Shown: piece after piece, positions 49,781-56,184 of the stretch
Layout: each line of letters begins with the position of its first letter
Numbering within the stretch: position 1 is the stretch's first letter
Program-made: the position numbers and the translations under genes
The notes under the pieces: model-generated
What the model was told of the DNA's origin: nothing
The model's input: the letters and a program-made list of their open reading frames with translations, nothing else
Database searches by the model: none
Origin: Octopus bimaculoides
Lineage: Eukaryota
Length of the DNA stretch: 56,184 nt
Reading direction: 5' to 3'
Assembly (NCBI RefSeq): GCF_001194135.2
Contig: NC_068981.1
Span: 59,960,764 to 60,016,947 of the forward strand

Positions 49781-52009
49781 TCCAAACTAATGGCATATAT
49801 GCAACGAGAGTTAAATGGTTATTCATCCTGCCGAAATAGCAACCAAATCTGCCCTCCATATAATTTAGTACTTTGAAAAAGTAGTGGTATTTTGAATTAT
49901 GAAAACCTAGAGATGCAACGTCTGGGTGAAGGCTGAGTTAGTCATGAATGGACATATACATATTTGTTTATGTTTGTTCAATCAAGGTGAGCTCAGGTTA
50001 AACAGTAACCGCAAAGTGAACGACGACGACAGTATAGAGTTCTATTTCCTATAATTTAAACTGCACTCTCAAATGAACTGATTCACAACTAGAATAATTG
50101 ATTGAATTAATGTAGATAAAGTTATTTTCTTACAGACGACTTGTACTTCCGACAGGTACTAGCATTTTATCGATTTCACTTGCAGCTACCAACTTCAGTC
50201 ACTTAAAGACGCCTATCATAATATTTATAGATATAAATATCATGCAGCACAAAAATAAGTAAATAAATAAATGCATTAAAAAAAAGATATATCATTAGCT
50301 CGAACTAGTGAGGTAGTCTTATAATGACGTTCAACGAAACAGAAATAGTACCAAAGTCTCGTTTATATCACAGCCTGCCGTCTTAAGTGATGAAAATATC
50401 ATTTTGTTTTGGATAAATAAAGAAACAAAGACGTTCCCTGCTGGAACATTTTTGATCATAATTTTAATCAAAGAGATCTATATCGTTGGATAAGCAATAA
50501 CAGCAATAACAATTGCAATACTAGTCCCAACAGCAGCAACAACAGTAGTATGTCATTGACTCTAGACCGATACTACCCCAACAGACAATTAAGTTCCTGA
50601 AGAAGGGTAACCTCTTTCAATAGAGAAGGCTCTGTGGGGGAAGTCACGCCATTAGCTTTCTACTTTCCTCATACGAAAGCATAGTAGGTTCTTTGTGTTC
50701 TTTGTCTGCAAAACTTTCCAGACATTAAAAGGGAAAACGCTCATTTAATTGATAGCTTATCTCATTTCAAGAGAAATCTAATAAACATTCTCTTATTAGT
50801 ATTTTCTTTCAACGTATTCCACTGTTGTCTTTCACATTATCATTAAAAGTCACCATTCAATGATTTTGAAGCAATTCCAACTAGACATAACTTTGTTTCT
50901 TTATTTCTTCTTATTTTCAAGTAAGGATTGTTCAGATTTCTAAATTTGCTGTATACGATTTTAATGTCCGTGGATTCCATTTAAAGAAACGATGTTTGAA
51001 TATTTATATAATTTCAAATAGAACCAGTATAAATGGAATTTATAACTCGTACTAAGATAATACAATATCTCAACAATAGTCATAATTAGGAAATCAATTA
51101 TATAAATGAACTAGAATAATAAATTTAATTGAAAAATATCAAAGACAAATATAAAATATAACTTCATTTCTAGACAGAAACATAAACCATAGCAAATGAT
51201 AAAGCCTGACCTATTTCTAAATAAGATGTTGTTAAAACAGAACTTTAGAGTGACTGTATGTGATGTATTTCAATCATTAATGATATAATTACACGAATTG
51301 GTCAACACTGACGTTCGGACATCTGACCTATAAAACAACTTAGCAGATTGTTAATTGTAGTGGAAGAAAGTACTTGTTTTTAACTGCAATTCAGTAATAT
51401 TTTGGAGGATTAAATTATTTCGGAATATATTTTTGAAGAGTTATTACTGAATAGTGAGAGAGCAGTGCGTGCCATCAAAGTGACACTGGGATAAAATATA
51501 CGAAAACCAATATACTCATCATGACTACCTGTCTGATAAGCGTATCCCAGACATTTACATCACAATCATATGTGCGCGACATAGTGATCTTATATCAAGA
51601 TAAACAGTGCATGACCTTGCGGGTGCGACCCACTTAGAATTTTCTTCAGGTCGAGTAGCCAATCCCGCTGAAAAGGTCCCTGAATAAGGGTTGTTTAAGG
51701 ATGTTGAAAGGTGAATTATCCAAATTCCTCTCAGCCCATGACTATGATGCTTCCCCACTACTTCTTCTCGTGATCAGAGATGCACATACCGTCAGCCACT
51801 AATGGACATGCTCAATTAATTAAGGTCAAGCAACTAACAAGCAAATCTGTGTTATTGAGCAGAATATTTGCTGTAGCCCATCTTTTATACCAAGACAAAA
51901 GAATGTACATGATAACACTTCTAGTCTATTAAGATCAGAAGCCATGAGAGTCAGTGTCTGGTACTGAATTATTCAGTAGTCTTATCTTTTTCACGTGCTT
52001 TCACTGCAC

Positions 52010-52200
52010 TACCGAGCGCAGCTCTGTGTGTCATGGGTATGTTCTGTGGTTTCTTGTGGTGCTCTTGTTTTCAATGTATTGAAAGTGTTTTACGTAGGAT
52101 GTGTGCGGTGCCTAGTAGTGCTATTGTCTGTATGTTATATTTACTTGTAAGTCCTGGTGTTTTTGTTTTGTATTTGGCTGAGTATTGTTTTTTTTTATCA
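52010..52200 (-). mobile_element. R4/Dong-like LINE 3' end
   Basis: PGLTSKYNIQTIALLGTAHILRKTL*. Confidence 0.6.
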
Positions 52201-52669
52201 TTGACTTATTCAAATTTCACTTGAAAAGGAAATTGAGACTGAAGAGGAAAGTGCTGTCCTCGAGTGAATTTATTGAAAAGTGGGCGAAAATGACAACAGT
52301 GGATAGTACTCTCTAAGTGTAGACCTGTGAGTCGGAGAGAAAGAATTGGAGAGGGCGATTGCTTCTGGGATTTCTGGAAAACCTTGGACAGTGGGCTTCC
52401 TCTATTATACCTATAGGCCTTCCTGTATCAGGTGGGCCACATCCCTATCATCCTCCCTGCCATATTTAAAAAAAAAACTTTGTATGCTATGTTTGTGTCC
52501 CTTCTTTTTCAGTGTATACTGTGTATGCTTACATTTTGTTTCATCATTTCATCATATGTAAGCCCAAAGATTTTATGTCTGTCTTTGTATTGTCGTCCTC
52601 ATCTATCGACCTTGTGGCAAGTAAATGAAATCATCATCATCATCATCATCATTATCATTTCTGTGCACA

Positions 52670-53230
52670 TCTTCTAACGCTGGAGAAGTACTACGGGGCC
52701 AACTGTTCACTACCAGTGAACTAAGGCAACACCCCTTACTTTTGGAGCACCATCCGGAGTATTCGGGCGGTTCCAAGAAGTGCTGTTTTCTGCAACTGCT
52801 CCACTCTTATTGCAGCTCGTATTTGTTCCATGTACTTCTCAAGATTTTTACTCACTGTTCTCAGGGCTCCGAGAATTATTGGTACTACTACCATCTTTTT
52901 CAGCGACCACAACTCTTTAACCACCCAAGCTAAATTTTTTTCCTTCTTTATCGCATACCTTGTTGTCATCTGGGCATGCTATGTCTATGATTCAGCATAG
53001 CTTGCTTTCTTTCTCAATTAACACTATGTCTGGTTTCCTATTCTCTATCTCATGGTCGCACTGAATCATAAAATCCCATAGGATCTTTGCATTATCATTT
53101 TCGATGATGCCTTCGGGTCTATGTTCGTACCACTTTTTCACTCTGTCAAGTCCATACTTGTTGCGAAGTGTCCGATGGACAATCCTTGCTATATTGTCAT
53201 AACGTCTCTTATATTCTTTCTGGGCTAGTG
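52670..53230 (-). mobile_element. R4/Dong-like LINE restriction-like endonuclease and 3' end
   Basis: KILWDFMIQCDHEIENRKPDIVLIEK...IIDIACPDD; VVVPIILGALRTVSKNLEKY...LQKTALLGTARILR. Confidence 0.85.
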
Positions 53231-53399
53231 GTGTACATTATTATTATTATGTTGTCCTTTTTTTTCTTCTTTCTTCAAATTTTCTTCCATTTCTCGCCGA
53301 GTGTTTTCCGTACACCTAGGGCAGAGAAGCTCATTGTATGCATTCTCAGTTTACACAGGCAAATTCACAGGTAAAATATGTATTTAAAAAAACATTAAT

Positions 53400-53710
53400 A
53401 AATAAATTCATGAATGGATGTTGTTTTCACAGTGATAATGCTCTTCTCAGTATATGAGTCGTTCCAGTTAACACGATTTTTTTGCAATTCCTGTAGAGAT
53501 CGTAAGCCTGGTATCATTTTCAAATAGGTTTCAGTACCTTTTTTTAAATCATTCCTAGAGATCCTACAATCACTGGTATGGTAGTCGCCTTGAGATGCCA
53601 CATTTTTTCAATTTCTATTAACAAGTCTTTATATTTACTGACCTTGTCAAATTCTTTCGCCGCTATATTATGATCGCAAGGAATACTCATGTCAATTAAT
53701 AAACACATCT
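53400..53710 (-). mobile_element. R4/Dong-like LINE RLE fragment
   Basis: CLLIDMSIPCDHNIAAKEFDKVSKYKDLLIEIEKMWHLKATTIPV; KKGTETYLKMIPG..SLQELQK. Confidence 0.8.
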
Positions 53711-54121
53711 TCTTCTTCTTCTTCTTCTTCTTCTTCTTCTTCTTCTTCTTCTTCTTCTTCTTCNNNNNNNNNNNNNNNNNNNNNNNNNNNNNNNNNNNNN
53801 NNNNNNNNNNNNNNNNNNNNNNNNNNNNNNNNNNNNNNNNNNNNNNNNNNNNNNNNNNNNNNNNNNNNNNNNNNNNNNNNNNNNNNNNNNNNNNNNNNNN
53901 NNNNNNNNNNNNNNNNNNNNNNNNNNNNNNNNNNNNNNNNNNNNNNNNNNNNNNNNNNNNNNNNNNNNNNNNNNNNNNNNNNNNNNNNNNNNNNNNNNNN
54001 NNNNNNNNNNNNNNNNNNNNNNNNNNNNNNNNNNNNNTTCTTCTTCTTCTTCTTCTTCTTCTTCTTCTTCTTCTTCTTCTTCTTCTTCTTCTTCTTCTTC
54101 TTCTTCTTCTTCTTCTTCTTC
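53708..54121. repeat. (TTC)n microsatellite spanning an assembly gap
   Basis: TTC repeats on both sides of the N run at about 53764-54037. Confidence 0.9.
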
Positions 54122-55043
54122 ATAACTTGTAATATTACAATTGTGAATTGTTCACGGTCATAATGGTGAACGTGTGATATTATGCATAGAGGTTTCAGTA
54201 TAACTACATAACACTCATTCTTAATTGTTAACCTTACTAGGTTACGCTTAAGTGATATTTTATTATACGGGGCCAAAATTCATAACTGATGCTGCTGTTA
54301 ACGTTAAGTATATCATCATTTAAAAATGGAAACATATTTCACAATACCATCGCAGCATTGCTGGTTAATGTATTTCTAACTGAATTATTACACGGGCATT
54401 CTAAAATTTGCCGAATTCTCAGGAAAAGTCGACTTCTTTAACGTTGATGTCTATGCAAATATGGTCGTGTATAGCTATACGCATTTCTTTCTATTAAATT
54501 TATTCGATTTCGAATCACTTCAGCAATTATTCAGATCTTAAGAACAAAATTTATCAAAGGGAGATATTTATGAAAGCTTTACAAAAATCAAATATATTAA
54601 GAAGTTATCGTTGAGTCTTGAAATCATTATATATAGAAATATATAGGTCCAGGATCCAACTAAAGCAAATCAGCAATTAATGATTACTTAACAGTTTTAT
54701 AACTTTGAATATATCACCGGAAAATTGAGTACACGATAATTCCTCTTATTAAGAAATGCGAATCGCTCTCACTACCCGAGTTCCATAAGATGAATGTATT
54801 CGTGAGTGAAAGTTAATAATAATTACGTGAATATGTAATGTCTCAACTCAATGCAATAGGATGTAGCTATTATGGGTTAGCATTTACAACATTTACAAGC
54901 TGAAATACAGAAGCAAAGCTGAAAGAATGCAATATTTGAACATTTAGTCTATCGACTCAGCAAGTTGTGAATCTACATTATGCAATTTTGTAATATACAT
55001 CGTTTACGATTTTATTTCATATTTACAAACGTCATTGTCTTAC

Positions 55044-55258
55044 CTGCATAAAATGCATACATCCATAAACTAACTGAGCATGTTATATATTTGAGTGATG
55101 TTGTTGTTTCGAGAAGAACAGCTTCAGGAGGACAATTTAAAGTCCATGCTATTAGGCCGGCTATCGTCACAGCAAGAACTGGAATCATCCTTTGTAGTAG
55201 TGCTGTGTCAGGTAAGTTCACACGTTTCACTTTACCTTCTTTGAATATGATTGAGATT
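55044..55258 (-). CDS. GPR158: Class C GPCR (GPR158/GPR179/CG31760-like): internal exon encoding ICL2, TM4, ECL2 and start of TM5
   Basis: Acceptor tcttatttgatcatctaacAG and donor G|GTAAGA; 215 nt, phase 2 to phase 1. Reads (R)ISIIFKEGKVKRVNLPDTALLQRMIPVLAVTIAGLIAWTLNCPPEAVLLETTTSLKYITCSVSLWMYAFYA(G), with a hydrophobic TM4 containing Trp and an ECL2 Cys. The symbol is family-level; orthology is not established. Confidence 0.9.
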
Positions 55259-55439
55259 CTGTTAGATGATCAAATAAGACAACATTATTAGAAGTCGTTC
55301 ACAGTTTATTGTGTTGTTCAATTAGGGGTAAAACGCTTTTAGGCGTTAACGAGAACAATTGCACCGGTTGTCAAGAAGTGGTGGTGATGGGGGGGGGAGA
55401 TGCAGACACAAAGACACACACGCACACACTCAGAAGTGA

Positions 55440-55575
55440 TGCTTCCAATCACAAGGCTTTGGTCGACCTGAAGCTATAGGAGAAGACACTTGCCCAAGGT
55501 GCCACGTAGTGGGACTGAACACCGAACCATGTGGTTGAGAAGCAAGCTTCTTACCACATAGCTACGCCTGCACCT
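55440..55575 (-). mobile_element. tRNA-derived SINE
   Basis: Reverse complement contains ggttcggtgttcagtccc...caccttgggcaagtgtcttctcctatag. Confidence 0.7.
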
Positions 55576-56184
55576 GTGAGTGAAATGTTCTTTCATTTCT
55601 TTATTTATTATAAGGTTGAGAATTTGATGAAAGATCAATGAAAATGCATCACCAAACAGTACTGGAAAACAGAGAATGCAGATGGTTCGCAGGAATGGAA
55701 TGAAGAATTTCAAAGACCAGCTCTGTCAAGATTATAGAATACATGATAAATCTGAACAGACGAAGTCAATCTGCAAAGCGCAGAAAAGTGGTCATCTAGT
55801 CAGTGTCACCACTGATGAAAATGAAAAGCATTCACTCAAAGTCTCAAGAAATAAGAAAAGAAAAAGAAGGCTTCCAATGAATTAGGCATCTCTCGCAGAT
55901 CAGATAGTAGACTTATGAATCTGTTAGAATTTGAGAAATGAAAAGTGCATTCCACATATATTACGAACTTGTATACCTAACGTATCATCTTTAAGCCAAA
56001 TAGACCGAATTACAAAAAACCTGGGAATATATAATGCGCTTGCGCATTGTGAGCGTATGTCAGTATGTATGTATGTATGTATGTATGTATGTATGTATGT
56101 ATGTATGAATGTATGTATGTATGAATGTATACATGTATCTGTCTTTGTATCTATATTTACACACACATATATACATACGTACAC

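Noticed and set aside
50366-50388. TATCACAGCC, matching the start of miR-2 family microRNAs
   Set aside because: No complementary arm or pre-miRNA hairpin nearby, and the 3' half does not match.

Overview
AT-rich, repeat-dense animal genomic DNA from a gapped draft assembly. The tRNA-headed SINE families and abundant (TACA)n/(CA)n/(GA)n/(TA)n microsatellites suggest an octopus (inference, not verified). The one well-supported host gene is on the minus strand: the 3' half of a class C GPCR of the GPR158/GPR179 (Drosophila CG31760-like) group. It has five phase-compatible GT-AG exons (55258-55044, 47914-47776, 42182-42077, 35821-35729, 34551-34336) encoding TM4-TM7 and a short tail; its 5' exons lie beyond the window end. 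Most of the rest is decayed transposon sequence: SINEs, RTE, L2/CR1-like, HERO-like and R4/Dong-like LINEs, two kinds of Penelope-like element (PLE) and Tc1/mariner remnants. The most unusual structure is at 25850-26305: a tRNA-headed short element whose tail carries a minimal type I hammerhead-ribozyme motif, abutting an inverted second copy of the same tail. Other items: a candidate plus-strand promoter/first-exon region at about 13.2-13.9 kb with no recognisable coding exons, a ~400-bp local duplication, and a pair of 128-bp direct repeats 360 bp apart. Exon, splice-site and hammerhead coordinates were counted by hand; transposon boundaries are approximate.
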